DNA from: Camelus ferus | Taxonomy: Eukaryota | Direction: 5' to 3' | DNA length: 64,000 nucleotides | NCBI RefSeq assembly: GCF_009834535.1 | Contig: NC_045696.1 | Location: forward strand, 18,912,001-18,976,000 | Part shown: positions 12,942 to 26,596 of the stretch, one piece after another | Layout of the letters: each line of letters begins with the position of its first letter | How positions within the stretch are numbered: the first letter of the stretch is position 1 | Notes under the pieces: generated by a model | Databases searched by the model: none | What the model was told of the DNA's origin: nothing | What the model saw: only the letters and a program-made list of their open reading frames with translations | Position numbers and translations under genes: made by a program

Positions 12942-13713
12942 TGTTGAAGGCCAAGTCGTTGTCTGTGGTCCATGGAAGCATCCTAGGATCCTCTCATGGG
13001 AACTAAGTAGTTTAAGGGCAAATACAAATTGAAAAGAAGAGGCTGAATACTCTCTGTTAAAAAAAAATGTAATGAAATTTTCCCCCACATTCCTCTCTTA
13101 GAGCATTTACTTTAGAACATTTGTAAGTTATTTTTTTCATTTCTTTGAAATGTATGTAAATTTTTTAAAAGCAAACTCTTGCCAGCTCAGAGCCCAGAAA
13201 TGTCTTTTTCAAGGACCTGGGAACCATCTCTTTCAGATTTAATCAAAGAAGAAAGTGACCCAGTTTCCCAGTTTCTTGGTTTCTCTGCGAGGTTAGGAGC
13301 CTAGCTTCATGTGGCAACTCTCCCAAATTGCAAAACTACCTCTTGTCATAAAGATAGGAGAAATTTATTTTTCATTTGTATAAAGCCAGTTAGCTAACAC
13401 AGATGGTCACCTCAATTTCCACATATTTTTGGGATAAGCTATGTGTGATAAATGGGGCTACAGAGTCCTTACTTGAGAAATAATTAACTTGAGTACACGT
13501 ATGTAATGGGTTATAACTGCTTGGCCATATGAAGGGTTGAGATTTCTCTCTGTCTTTGCAATCTCTTAGTGGATTTGCCTGAGATGATTACAATATTCTG
13601 GCTTAATGCTAATTCAGTACTAAAAAATTATTTTTGTTTCCTATTTACTACTTTTGTGGAAAGGTTTTCTGGGTTGGGAGAAGTTTTTGTTTTTTAACTA
13701 TATTTCCCCAATA
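12942..13713 (+). mobile_element. ERV1-class LTR (MER39/MER34/MER4-group-like)
   Basis: Starts TGTTG, contains CCCAGAAATGTCTTTTTCAAGGACCTGGGAACCATCTC, and ends TATATTTCCCCAATA. No TSD is recognisable, so the left edge is uncertain. Confidence 0.75.
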
Positions 13714-14674
13714 GGAAGCAGTCTATGTTTGATGAAGTAACACAGAATAGGAAGAAGAACGGATTGAAGAAATGAGAGCCTAAGAGAGGAAAGGCATTGT
13801 AGAACCAATCTAAATATCAAAAGTAAAAGTGAAATATCCTTGATGAGACATTTTTCTCCAACATTCCTGAATTCATGGAGTGCATAAACATTAGTCCGTT
13901 GACATAGCTAAGAGAAATGAAGCATCAGTGTTTGTCTGTACCAACGATCATAACTACCACACATCAGAAAATTTTAAAGGCAAATGTAATCAGCATCAGT
14001 TGGTTAATATTGTCCAAAATATAATAAGACAAAAAATTAGAATGTTTTGGATTTTTCAAGTACATATAGTGAGTTATTCTGGGAAAGTAACAGTACTCAG
14101 CGCTGTCATTCCTACAAAGTAATGGTCTAAACGTGTTCTTTAGCCAATCAAATTGCATTTAAGCAACCAAGCAAAGATGACTAGGATACAACTGAAATTA
14201 TCTAGGATGCTCTTCAAATGTCTTCAAATGGACTCCTGGGCTTAGAAGTTGTTTGCCATCTTTAAAAATCATGAGCTTTGGAGAAATTTCAACTATGTTC
14301 CTACACCTAGAAATATATTAACTTTTTTTTGAAGATAACGAAATCTAAAATGAATGATTCTCTAGAGCTTTATGCTTTATACTTTGATGAGTATGTAATT
14401 CATATGTTTATGTCATTTTTAAAAATAGGTAGGGGCAGCTCCATCCACCATGATGCAAAGTGGGCTGTTGAAAAAGCTACTGTATGGTTCACTAGCTCCA
14501 CTGTTTCCAAGGTACAGTTAGAAGGCCCATTAAGAGCTAAGACATAAAGCATTTTCAAGTATGGTTCAATTAGCTGGAAACAGGTGAGTAAAAAAGAAAA
14601 CAAAACAAATTTTTTAAATCCTTCCCTTTGATTCATCTTCAAACAAGAATTTATTTTACATAAAAAAAAGTATA

Positions 14675-15546
14675 CTGCAGAAGACATATCTGATACAGGA
14701 TCATTATCCAAACAAAGAACTCTTCGAACTTGACAATAAGAAAATAAACTAAATTATAAATGAGCAAAATTCCTGAATAGATACTTTATCAAAAAAGATG
14801 TACAGATGGCAAATAAGCTTATTAAAAGATGCTGAACAGCATGTGTCATCAGGGAATTGCAGGATGAAAACAACAAAATGCGACTCTGTACCTATTAGAA
14901 TGGCCAAAATCCAGACCACTGGCAACACAAAATGCAGTGGAGGATATCGAGCAACAGGAACTCTCATTTATTGCTGGGGGGGAATGCAAGATGGTACAGG
15001 TACTTTGGTTGACAGTTTGATGGTTTCTTACAAAACCTAAACATATTCTTAACATGATCCAGAAATCAATCTAGTTGGTATGCATCCCTATTCAGCACTA
15101 AAAAGAAATGTGTTAGCAAGCCATGAAAAAACATGAAAGAATATTAAATACATATTTCTAATTGAAATAAATCAAGCTGAAAAGGCACTTACAAAATCAC
15201 TGGTTACCAGACGTTAGGAGGTAGAAAGAGATGACTTAGCAAAGCAGAGAAGATTTGAGGTCAGTACAGCTATTCTGCATGACACTGTAATGGTGGATAC
15301 GTGTCATTATACACACACTATACATTTGCCAAAACCTATAGAATGTACACCAAGAGTGAACCTTAATCTAAAGTATGAATGATAATGACGTATTGATGTA
15401 GGTTTAATTGTACCAGGTATAACACTCTGGTGGGAGATGTTGATAGTGGGGGATGCTGTATAGAAACATGACAAACATAGGGGAACACTTTCTATTCAAC
15501 TTTATTGAGCATCTAAAACTGCTCTAAAAAATCGTCTGTTAAAAAC
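14675..15546 (+). mobile_element. L1 3' end (L1MC1/2-like)
   Basis: ORF2 C-terminal remnants (ORF 14798-15040), followed by GTAATGGTGGATACGTGTCATTATAC...AAAACTGCTCTAAAAAAT. Confidence 0.85.
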
Positions 15547-15699
15547 ATTATATGCACACAATTTTATGTGAATCTGTTAATTTAACATTATTAATAGGTT
15601 TATATTTAAATGCAAACTTTTCTTTCCATTTTGCTCAACTCTCACCCTTTGATCTACTGACTAAAAATACTGCTTATATAATTCCAAGTGAATTAGAAA

Positions 15700-16550
15700 A
15701 AAACTCAAATTTAATTTTGAAGGCTGTATAATATTTGGGAGGGTGTACATGCCATATTTTTTTCAGTTATGCCTCTGTTATTTGGCATTTGTTTGCTGCC
15801 AACATTTTTTTCTACTACAAATTATGTGGCAGTATATATCCTTGTGATGAGTCCTTTATTTCTAAAGGTTGCCAGGAGTGGGTTTACTGGGTTAAAAGCC
15901 ATATGCAATTTTAATACTAAAATTCGATGCCAAAATGCTTTTTGTAAATGTTATAATGCCAGCACTGTATAACAATAAGCTTTTTTTCATCACATTTATT
16001 CATTAGAGCCACATATTTGCTTTATATCTATAATTCTCTTTTTTACTTTAGACTCTAGTCATTTTTGAATGGCTCAATTATGTGAATTGCCTCTTTATAG
16101 CCTTTGTCTATTTTATAGTAGATTGTTTATGCCATTCTTGTTAAATTCTGAAATTTCTGTAGAAATATTAACCTTATGTCCATCTGCTTTAAGTTTTTTT
16201 CCCCAAATTGTTTATTAACAAACTGGGTTTAAAACTGGGTTTAAAATTCTTTTTTTTTTCCATTAAGAAATTTGACATTTTAATTAAATATACACTTCTC
16301 ACATTTATTTTGTGGAAGATCCTTTGCCTTATACATGAACCTCCTAGATATTCTTAAAACATATTGCTGTTTTCATATTTAATGTTTTAATTTGAAATTT
16401 ACTTCCATATTGTATATAAGCTTTACATTCACCTTTATTTTTTTCCTGATGGGTAGACAGTGATGCTAGTCCTAGATTTTAATTGCTAATATTGCCATTT
16501 TATGTAAAATCCTAAACTGATCTTTGTATCAGAGTTTGTTTTTGTCTATT
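15700..16550 (-). mobile_element. Old L1 (L1ME-like) fragment
   Basis: Degenerate antisense L1 3' motifs (GGAGTGGGTTTACTGGGTTAAA, GAATTGCCTCTTTATAGCCTTTGTCTATTTT). Confidence 0.55.
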
Positions 16551-16689
16551 TTTAATAGTAAACTTATGCTAATTTCATCAAACAACTTGAGATTCCTTTC
16601 ACTTGTTTCCTGTGGTCTGAGTAGTGTAAGAAATATTGGAATGTTGTTCTTTAAAAGTTATACACATCTTCAGTTTCATTCATGTTGTG

Positions 16690-17047
16690 GCAGATGGCAA
16701 ATGTGGAGATACTTGTCAAAGGATACAAACTTTCAGTTAGAAGACAAATAAGTTCTAGGAATCTCCAATACAGCAAGGTGACCATAGTCAATTATACTAC
16801 ATTGTATACTTGAAATCTGCTAGGACTGTATTAGTATTTTCAACCCCCATCCTCACCCCCCACATACAAAACAATAACTATGAGATGTGATAGATGTGTT
16901 AATTAGCCTGGTTGTGGTGATCATTTCATAATACATGTGTGTATCAAATCATCACATTGTACATTTTAGCTATATAATTTTTGTCAATTATACCCCAATA
17001 AAGTGGAAATTTTTTTTAAATAGTAAAAATAGCAAAAAAAAAAAAAT
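16690..17047 (+). mobile_element. L1 3' end (L1MA-like) with A tail
   Basis: GTCAAAGGATACAAACTTTCAGTTA...ATAAGTTCTAGG, followed by CCCCAATAAAG and a poly-A run. Confidence 0.85.
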
Positions 17048-19189
17048 AGAAAAAGATAGATACATCTCAAATAGTAGAATCTATATTTATTTTCGACCAC
17101 TGCTCCCCCAAACTAATGATAAATAATATATTTATGCTTCCCAGAAAAAGCAAGTAGTATTTAATATTTAAAGTAAATATTACTTATAACTGAAAAGTTA
17201 GATATATTAGCAGGATGATGATTTTAAAAATTCTTGAAAATATAAAAATGTATACCCAAAAATACATTGAGTACTTGTTTATTTCATTCACTGAAGTTAA
17301 GAATTTATCAAGAACTAAATGCTCACTGTCCACTAAACTTTGGGAACATTGAAATTATTGAAATGTTATTCCTACCATTCAGTTCCTTTCCCTGTGCTCA
17401 CAGCAATGTGAGAGGAAGCAGATATTAAGACAATTGATAAAATTATGTCAAAGAAGTTATGGAGGAACAGCTAAACTATCAACTGGCTTTGATCTAGTGA
17501 GTCTAAGAAGAATCGTCTTAATCTTGTTCTCAAGGTTATATGACTTTGTCCTTGGCAAAAATGTTGAGTTCTATTTGCTAAGTTGGTATTTATAGGGATG
17601 AATTTTATACCAAAAAGGGACATACAACTTAAGAGAATAGTTACATCTGTTGTCTACATATAAGAAATTTAGTACAAATTATAATTTCTCACAGCTTTTT
17701 CTGATATCTATCTCAATAATATGTTAATGTTCCTGAGATTGCATACTATGGGAAACTTACTTCTAGTTCTGTCTTAAAATGTATAGTATTCCTGAAGTTT
17801 AATTCTTCTTTGTACATTTTCCCTTTATTCAAGCTTGTGAACATGTGTATATGCTTGTATATGTGATACACACACATACATATGTCTATATGCACAGAAT
17901 ATCAGGGAAATATCTTACAGATGGCAAAATTTATAAGTATTCAGGAATTTATAGTCATCTAATTAAAATGCTAATCTTTCATAAAATAACAAGGAGTGAC
18001 AGTTTAAACTAAACTTTAAAATTAAATATTGGCATGAAGAAAGGAGGTAATATTTCTAGAAGTCAACAGCATACTTGAATTGTTACAAGTCCTTTACATA
18101 ATAAATAAAATAAATAATTTTGCTGGACTCACTCTATTAAATATGCTCAAGTTTATTGATTATATATTAAAGGAATGAGTAGAAAATTTTAAAGATATCT
18201 AGAGGAAATAAATGACAATAAAAATGGACTTAAAAAATTCTTAAAAGGAGAAAAAAATAAATTTAGTCAATTATCTGGAAAAAAATCTATTAGAGTATAA
18301 ATTAAGAGTTTCAAGGAATTTTCATTTCTAATTATTTTTTAGTATTTTAAATGGTTTCTTTTTCATGGAATCCTTCCCAGCACATATACATACTCACAAT
18401 TTCAATGGATAAAGTAGGCTGCTATCTGTTTTTCTTGATTTCAAGAAATAACAAGCATTTGCAGTTAAGACGTCTTTTTAATTGGATGTAGTGTTGGGTA
18501 ATAGGATGGGAAATAGAGTGATAGAAAGTTTATGGAATACAGATGTGAGAAAAAAGTTGAACTTGAAGAAGTGTCACATAATTCATTAAAGTATCTTAAA
18601 GATGTAGTAGAGAAAGATTGTTCGGTTATCTTTCATAACTTTCAAAATAACTCATAGAATGTAAATAAATAGAAATATAACATTTTGAATGAAAGATAGT
18701 TTTGTAAAAAGTCATCCAGAAAAAGTGGTTAAAATAGATTTCATAGGAAATATATAAAATGAGGCAGATTGGTTGAAACGGGAAAGCTTAAAAGAATGAT
18801 TAACACAGAATAATAATATAAAATATATGAAAAATAAATAAAATATGGGAAAATACCAGAGATTAACCTTAGCATAGGATTGAGTACCTGGATATGCTCA
18901 TAAATACAAACATAAGTACAAGTACACACATACACATAACATGTACACGTATCTCCTGGCACATATGTCTTACTGCCAATCTCTAACTGAATGTAGGTCT
19001 TACAGTCATGATAAACTGATCACTTACCATTTCTTAATCCCCAAACCTGCTGTCTCCCATTGTTCCTCTCTCAGGGGAGGATAGCACCTTTCCCTGTTAG
19101 CCCCAGTTACCCAGTGATTTCACCGGAAACTGAGTGCCCGTCTTTGACTCCCCCTGATACTGCTCTCTATAGCCAATAGGTAAATTGTG

Positions 19190-19905
19190 TAGATATGGAG
19201 ATCAAGGAGTATAAGGAGGGGTAACCCCATTTAACTATCACTCCTGGTTACCTGCTTGGGGAACCTGTGTCTCCATGCTTTCAATTTTCAGCCTGATGGG
19301 TTTAGAGGTTCGACTTAGAAAGCTGGAATGGCTTCCATCAGGGAGCAGAGTAAGAGTTCCATTAAACATTAAGCTTTAGCTATTACTCAGATTTTTCGAA
19401 TTCTTTGTTTTCATAGACTAACAGGCAAGGGAAGGAGTCATCTTCCTGGCAGATAATTGACTCTGATCAATTTATCAAGATTCATTATGAGGAAGCAGAA
19501 TTGCTATTATAAAACTGATACTGGAAAGAATATATTTTCACTGAATTAACCCACTGGAGTCTCTTGGCACTCCTTTATTTTGGTGGTGGATGGAGACGTG
19601 TAAGAGCCACCACCTGAAAAGGGCATGTTGAACATGGGCTCAGAACCCTCATGGAGAAAAGCCTGGGTTCCTCAACCAAATGTCCCTCCTAGACCATGAG
19701 CAATTTTAGCTAAAAGCGAGGGGAATCTAAGATGATGAATATTGGTTGTGATTTCAAGACAGGAAACAGTAGATGCGGCTGCAGTTCATCTTTCTCTTTC
19801 TAGATTCTCCTGGAAAAGTGAGGAGTGATAGTCTTGGAAGAACTATTCTCAGATAGAATGTTTATACTAATTGAAAGTGGTGGATCTTAGCTGGTGCAAG
19901 CAGTG
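19190..19905 (+). mobile_element. ERVL-class internal 3' segment (ERV3-16A3-like) with a dUTPase remnant
   Basis: The frame from 19299 reads GLEVRLRKLEWLPSGSRVRVPLNIKL*...QAREGVIFLA, which aligns to the recalled ERVL dUTPase GLEVLVP..LPPG..IPLNWKL..QAKKGVTVLAG. Confidence 0.7.
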
Positions 19906-20290
19906 GACTCTGGATTCTGCATCATCTAGATATGCCCTTTAGAGTAGAGGTACTTTTATCCTTACTGACCAGGAGAACCGGCTAATGATGTCTTACAGTT
20001 GAGTCCCTTTTAGGAAATCGTTCACTGGGGACAGTTGATATCTATTAAGTAGTTGATGTCATGGCACGAATATCTGGCTTCCTCGCTTCAATTTAGGACA
20101 GGCTAGATAGAGCACCTTGGTGAGATGCACTGAAGTCTCTTTTGCAGCTGGATCCAGTCACTTCTCATTCTGTCCAGAGCTACTTCTCCTGTTTCCTAGA
20201 AGCACCATTACCAGAGCATTCCTTAACAAATGCCCTGCATACAGATATAAACACCTCAGGATACACTTTATGTGGACACATATGAAGAAC
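19906..20290 (+). mobile_element. 3' LTR of the ERVL element (LTR16-like)
   Basis: Follows a PPT-like GCAAGCAGTGGAC and ends with AACAAATGCCCTGCATACAGAT...CCTCAGGATACACTTT, similar to LTR16 3' ends. Confidence 0.6.
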
Positions 20291-20404
20291 ACGCATGAAA
20301 ATAACATCCTACTGCTACTTTCACTTCTCTGAATTACCCACGTAAGAATAAACGTGAGTTCTCATAATTAAGATGATCTATCCTTCTAACTTTTGGTTTG
20401 AAAT

Positions 20405-20830
20405 TTAGGTTAATCAGGATATAGTTAAATATACAAAACAAAGAATCTGTGAAAGACAATACAAAAGGATGAAATTTTATTTTTCTGTCTTCTAATGTCC
20501 AGAGATTGGCTATTGAGGTAGTGTAACATTTTCCATGATGACCTCCAGTGACTAAGATTCTTCTTTCCTCGTGTTCTGCTCTCAGTAACCCATGGTTTCC
20601 AACTTATGGTCTAAGATGGATGTTCTGGCTACTTCCTACCATGACTTTTTCCCAGACAGCAGGAAGCAGTAAAGGGAAAAGGGAAGGCATGTCCTTTCTC
20701 TTTAGGAGCATGATTCTTAAGTTGCAAACAATATTTCTTCCCAGTCCCACTGGCTAGGGCTTAGACAAATGGCCTCATTAAGCTGCAAAGAAGTCTGGAA
20801 AATGTAGTGTTCCACTACATTTAACTAGTC
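20405..20830 (-). mobile_element. Old LTR (LTR33/MLT1J-like)
   Basis: TCCCACTGGCTAGGGCTTAGACAAATGGCC...AGCTGCAAAGAAGTCTGGAAAATGTAGT is the typical antisense motif. Confidence 0.65.
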
Positions 20831-21520
20831 CTAGGTAAAGTGTCTATTATTATAGAAAAAAAGATGTAAACCAACTTATTGAAACAAGTGGTGGTCTTGT
20901 AACAGATCTCATATTTGTAACTATTGCTTCTCTAGGCACCTTCATGTTTATGGCATTTCTCTTGATTATTTGCAGCCTAGGACTCACAGCATACCACAGT
21001 TTCAGCTGCTCTGGAGAGTGGTTGCTCACATACACAACGCCCTCCCCTACTTATCCATTCAAAGTTAATTTCAATATTTCATTTAGCTTATGAATTAAAT
21101 TGGGTGGTACAAACATACCATCCAAAATCATAGAAGCTCATTAACATTTTTTACCTGTGCTTATCGGTGATTTCATTATTATATAATCACTAGCACTCAT
21201 ATTTAGTTAAATGGAACATACCCATTTTGATTAAAAAAATTAAAGGATAAGTGAGACAATTTTTTGATTTTTTCCAAATATTTTAAAATGTGATAGACCT
21301 ATAATTGTCAGAACCTCATTGTATTTCACGGGGAAGACTTTTAAATAAGGAGGAGCTCTGAAGTAGATTTGTGCTCATATCAATCAGAACATATTCATTG
21401 ATTTGATTTATTTGTGTGCTCTCTCCATGTTCAGTTAATATAATAATTAAAAACATGTCTTAAAGAATTAAAAATATGTTAAATGCTTCTGAAGAGGTTT
21501 TTGCAAAATGCTACTTCTAA

Positions 21521-21840
21521 ATGCATTCATTCATTAGGCAAATATTTACTAGAGACCTAATATTTACCAAGAATGCTTCCAAAAACTGGAAATATATACA
21601 GCAGAGAGCAGGAACAAGTCCTTTGTTTCACTGAAGTTAATTCTAGTGAAGATAAACAATAAATCGAGAAATACAGTTTGTTTTAGGAGTTGAAGTTGCT
21701 ATGGAAAAGTAAGATTAAGAGGTAGAGAGTGGGAGGCATTTATTATTATATATGGACAGGGCAGTTAGTAAGTCCTCTCAGAGGATGTGATATTTAAAAA
21801 GGGACTTGTGTAAATGAAAGAGATCATCATCATGTGAAGT
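21521..21840 (-). mobile_element. L2 3' end
   Basis: ATGCATTCATTCATTAGGCAAATATTTACTAGAGACCTAATAT is the antisense L2 tail. Confidence 0.75.
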
Positions 21841-22439
21841 CAAGTTCCTTATCTATCTAACTGATCCTACACCGTAGAGTGCATTATTTTTCCAAAACAT
21901 AGATTTAAAAAATTGATGTGTATAATATTTGACTATATGAGGGCTTCAGCTCAAGAACAGATAGACCAGCTTTTACATAGAGATTTTTTTCTGCTAAAAC
22001 TACCTTGCCTGTCCAATTAAGCTTAATTTAAACAAACAAAGCGAAAAAACTAAATACACGATGCTTTGTAAAATCTTTTAATGATGGAGTCTGTGAGTGC
22101 TTAATGTCATTGTTGTCAATAAAGGAGATAGCCAAATCCACTTTCTTTTTAAAGCTGTTAAAATTTTTCTGAGTTTGGATTACTTCAAATTATAAATTAA
22201 TTTATGTTTTCATAGAATTTCATGTTAGCAACAGGTATCTCTGGTTTACAACAAAAGTGGAAGTTAGGATTTTCACATAAAATTGTTTCAGACTTAAAAT
22301 GATATGTTTCATACTAATTCATTGATGGCATGTCTTTTTCCCCATCCAAAATTCTTGATTCTGAATCTAAATCTTTGAAGTTAAAAAAATTAGGTTATAA
22401 TTTTTTTCTTGTGACAATAACTTTTAAGATTTAAAAGAT

Positions 22440-22620
22440 GATCCTAAAAAAAGAAATTTGTAGCAATGTGAGGTGATGGATTTAACTAAACCATAAATGA
22501 TTAGTGTATAATCATTTCTCAATATATATACATATATCAAGTCATCATGTTGTGCACCTAAAACTAATAAAGTAATACAATGTTATATGTCAATTACATC
22601 TCAATAAAACTGAAAAATAA
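22440..22620 (+). mobile_element. Short L1 3' tail (L1MA9/10-like)
   Basis: ATGTGAGGTGATGGA...TGTTATATGTCAATTACATCTCAATAAAACTGAAAAA. Confidence 0.8.
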
Positions 22621-22879
22621 GTACCCTTGAATATCAGCTTTAAGAGCACACCTTATATCTGAAAATTTAAAAAAAAACATGTTATAGTTTTAATTTAAAA
22701 TAACACTCAACACAGATTAAACATAGCCTGCTTCTGATTCTCAAATAACTTGTAAACGTTTGCAGAGAGAAGACTAATGTGTGTATTAGACTGAAAGATC
22801 TTGCCAGAATACAATGAGGCTTACTAGGGGAGAAAATAAAGGTCACCAAGAATTCGAGTTTAACAATAAAATAAGAAAA

Positions 22880-23110
22880 TTATAACAAACATTTATTCAA
22901 AATCTTCTATGTGTCAGCATGTTTATAAAAAACATTTCATGTTTTAACCCATGTAGTTCTAACAATAACCTCATAAGATAGGTACTGTTATTTTCCCATT
23001 TTATGGATGAACAATTAGAGATTTAGAGATATCAGTAATTTGCCCAACAGTGTGTAAATAATGCATGGCAGAGCTGGGCTTCTAGCCAATAGTCTGTATT
23101 TAAAGTCTGT
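22880..23110 (-). mobile_element. MIR SINE
   Basis: ATAGGTACTGTTATTTTCCCATTTTATGGATGAACAATTAGAG...TAATTTGCCCAA is the MIR core, antisense. Confidence 0.8.
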
Positions 23111-23959
23111 GGGAAAGAATTATCCTCAATGCTAGATGAAAAAACTTTTCTGTTTAAAAAGCATGTGTATGGGCAGTTTTAGAGCCAGAAAATACAATAA
23201 AAAAAAGGGAAGATCCTGAATGATATAATCATCCTAGTACAATGTAGATATGAATTGTCTTGTGGGGCAGTAGATATTAAACAAAAATCTGCAAGAGAAG
23301 TGAGAATATACGTAATTAGATTTGTTTTAAGTGTCTTAGATACACATATTGAATCATCCTTAATTGCACAGCTGAGTAAGCTAGATGAGGAAAGTTTGTA
23401 AAATGAATCATACAGAGGTTGAGGTAAAGTACTCTATCTGGAGCTACGTTTTTACGCAAGTAAGACCACATAGCAGCAAAGGAGACGGGAAGAAGAAAAA
23501 CTGAAAATACTACAATCTCAGATCTTTCTTTTGCGTCTCTAAGGAAAAATTGGAAATCAGAGAAGCAGAGCAATGGAACATCCCTATTTATCAGACATTT
23601 CTCCTGGTTCTTGCTTTATCACTAGGAAATGGTATAAGCTGCTTGAAGATTGCACACAACTTTATCAAGAACTTAGAGTAAGAAACAACAATAAGATAGC
23701 TACAACTCATGCTGTAGGCTTTGTATGAATTCTCAGGAACAGAATGGAGAAAACTGATTAACACTCTAAATTCTGGAATCCAGGGTAGCAGCTCACAAAA
23801 CTTCTGACAATATAGCCAGAATATATCCTTAAATATAATTAAAGGTCCCAATATCTTTTTGTGTATCTTATATCTGTGAAAAATATACTAGGATTAAACT
23901 TTAGAAATATTTAAGCCTAATTACTCTATCTTAGTTATTAATTCACTTTAAAATAGTAT

Positions 23960-24272
23960 AATAAACATAACAAAAATAATATTTAGAAATACATTTTCCA
24001 GAGCAAAAATAGTTAACAAAAAAAAATAACTTTATTTTGTGTTTTTGCCCATCTCTTTAATGTCTGGCAGTATAAGGCAGCCAGATTCTCATATCTCATA
24101 TCCAGCCTTTTGTGGTATCCGATATCGAATAGCTCCTGGTAGACTTCACTGTACTCTCCTGAGAGATTTGAAAAGAAGAAGACAGATACCATCTTGGTAT
24201 TATTATGAAAAGTTTTCATCTCCCGGACCCCTGAATTGTAGAAGAGTCCATAATTCTGGACCGGAACTGCTG
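23960..24272. mobile_element. hAT-Charlie DNA transposon end (Charlie1a/b-like)
   Basis: ATCTCTTTAATGTCTGGC...AGATTCTCATATCT and GGTATTATTATGAAAAGTTTT...GGACCCCTGAA. Confidence 0.7.
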
Positions 24273-24802
24273 AAACAATACCCTGGCAGAGAATAAATGT
24301 TTAAAGAATTTTTGAATGTGCACCTGAACTGCAACTTACCATGAAAGTTCATCCTGAGATCACATTAAGTGCCATATTGGGGAATAATAAATTAGACAAG
24401 TATCTGTGTTCAGACTGCCGTGCTCATCAAAACCCTTCAGCCTAAGAATCCTTGAGGGAACTGATTACTCTCTCTTATAATGACCTGAATCTCACAGTAA
24501 GAAAAAAAGACTGAAGGAAAAAATAAGTAACTCAAAACTTTAACACAAATACATGGAAAAGAATGTCACTCAGCTGAAAGTTTTTTGAACTCTTAATAGT
24601 AAAACTCATTAGGATTCTAGCCTACAAGATGTAACCCTCCATGGCATTAAAATGTTTATTCTGATACAAGCAAGGTTTTATTGGCCATCTACTATATGCA
24701 TATTACAGTACATACTGTTAGGCATTATATTAAAGTTTGAGATACATATTGCCAATAAACCTAAAACCTAAAATAGAAACACCAAACCTTAATATATGTG
24801 TC

Positions 24803-24806
<4 letters not shown>

Positions 24807-24852
<46 letters not shown>
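24807..24852. repeat. (CA)16(TA)7 compound microsatellite
   Basis: Read directly from the sequence. Confidence 0.97.
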
Positions 24853-26546
24853 AAATTTAACTGGTCTTTAATAAATTTAACTTAAAATTATGACAACAAT
24901 GTTAATATTTGAGACTTAAAGAAATCAATTTTCTACTGTAGACTCCTCATGAAATAGCCATTTAAAAATAATTTCTTTTTGTTGTGCCATTTTCCTTTCC
25001 CAATGTAATCTCTGCACTAATATAAAGTATCAAAATCTTAATGTCATATATCCTGGGAAAGGTGCTTTATTACTTCAACCTTTTCAATATTCTGCATTTT
25101 GATTGCCCTGCCCTTCCACTCCACTTAGAGTTTACAGCCTCAGTGAACTGTGGGGATGAAAATAGATTGCCAAAGGAAAAAAAAAGTTACAAAATGCTAA
25201 AGATTGAAGTTGTCATCTGTAAGTATGAAATTGTCTTATTTTATTCACTAAGGATAAACACTGATAATGATTTTGGTGGTCATACTTTGGGACAGAATTT
25301 TGAACTAAACACCTGATTCTGTTATGATTTAAGTTGATGCGTTATATGCTGCATGTCTGTGTATGTGCGTGGACATGTGTATGTGTACAGAAATAGTGTT
25401 TTAGAGGATAAAGTCTATTTTCTATTTGGTTGTCAGGCTTGTGTGATATTCTCAGAGCAAGGATTCAGATTTACATGTACCGAGGAGAAGGCACAATTGT
25501 TATGTTGAAGACACTCTACATCTAAACCTATCCTGTCATGATCAGAGAGATGTAGGTGGCCTGTAAGGACTGTTAATAGCAGCTGTATTTGAGTCAGTAA
25601 AAAAGAAAGTGAATATGGGTGGCAAACACCACTCGTTAAAATACAAGGCAATTTCATGGAATGTAACATTGATGTTGATTGCTGAGAAAAGGCTGTTGTA
25701 ATTAGATCAGAAAATCAGACGGAGAGGGGTTTGATTTGAATAGCTTTACACTAGGCTGAAAAGAAGACAGGATAGGAAATTGGAGTGGTAGGAAAAGTTG
25801 CTTTGCAAGACGAGCTCTGCACTTACGTCCAAACTCGCGGGTGACAATCCTATCAGACAAAGAAGGCCCACAGGTTCTACTTGCTCGTAAGTGCGTTCAC
25901 TTGGATTCCATTTCCTGCCTTCTCCCTTCCTCCCCTTCTCCCTTTCTCTCTATGCATTGGCAGGTGTATATATCTATCTTCATTAAAACTCAGTCAAGAA
26001 GAACATTTGTGTTTCTAGCTGAGAAGCAGTTTTCATGGCTTGGTAGGGAAACTGCTTTCCTCTGTGCATATTATTGTAACGTAACTCAGGGAATGGTATA
26101 AGATAAGACATTTATTTCCATGTTTTGTTTAACCCAAGAGATTTAAGAAACGGGTGAAATAAAATGGATATGTATGAGGACTTAAAGACTGAATAATTAT
26201 TGCTTCCAAACAAACTTCAGTAACTCCTGCATGGAAAGACAGTGCTTTCTGGTAACTGTATGAATTCCAAAGCATATTTTTTTTAATTCCCCCCCAAAAC
26301 AATGACACGTTTTCTCAAAAAAAAAAAAAAAAAGCATGCTTTATGAAATTTTTTATTGTAAAAAATTGTGCATTCCAATTTGTTTGCTAAAGCACAATAT
26401 TTCTCCAAAATACAGTAACACATATTGTATATCTTTGCATTTGTTTGCAAAAACATGTATGGGAGGAGGGGTATTTATTAAAGTATAAAATCATTCACTG
26501 AGATTTTATGTCAGGATTGTGACTAAGATTGCGGAGGAAAAAGGTG

Positions 26547-26596
26547 TCACTTTTGAGTATTGTCAGCAGCGTCCGTCTCCATTGCTTTGATACAGA
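26547..26596 (-). CDS. Candidate terminal coding exon of an unidentified gene (..CIKAMETDAADNTQK*); an alternative frame runs to 26495
   Basis: Acceptor ATTTTTTGGCACAG| and retained CpGs. Repeat-free, 3'UTR-like sequence follows, with minus-strand AATAAA at 26474-26479, 26352-26357 and 26111-26116. Confidence 0.35.

Noticed and set aside
16220..16243. 12-bp tandem duplication AAACTGGGTTTA x2
   Set aside because: Ordinary slippage event inside an old L1.
25819..25894. Pre-miRNA hairpin
   Set aside because: Only the 9-bp terminal stem pairs by eye, and the interior does not form a long stem.
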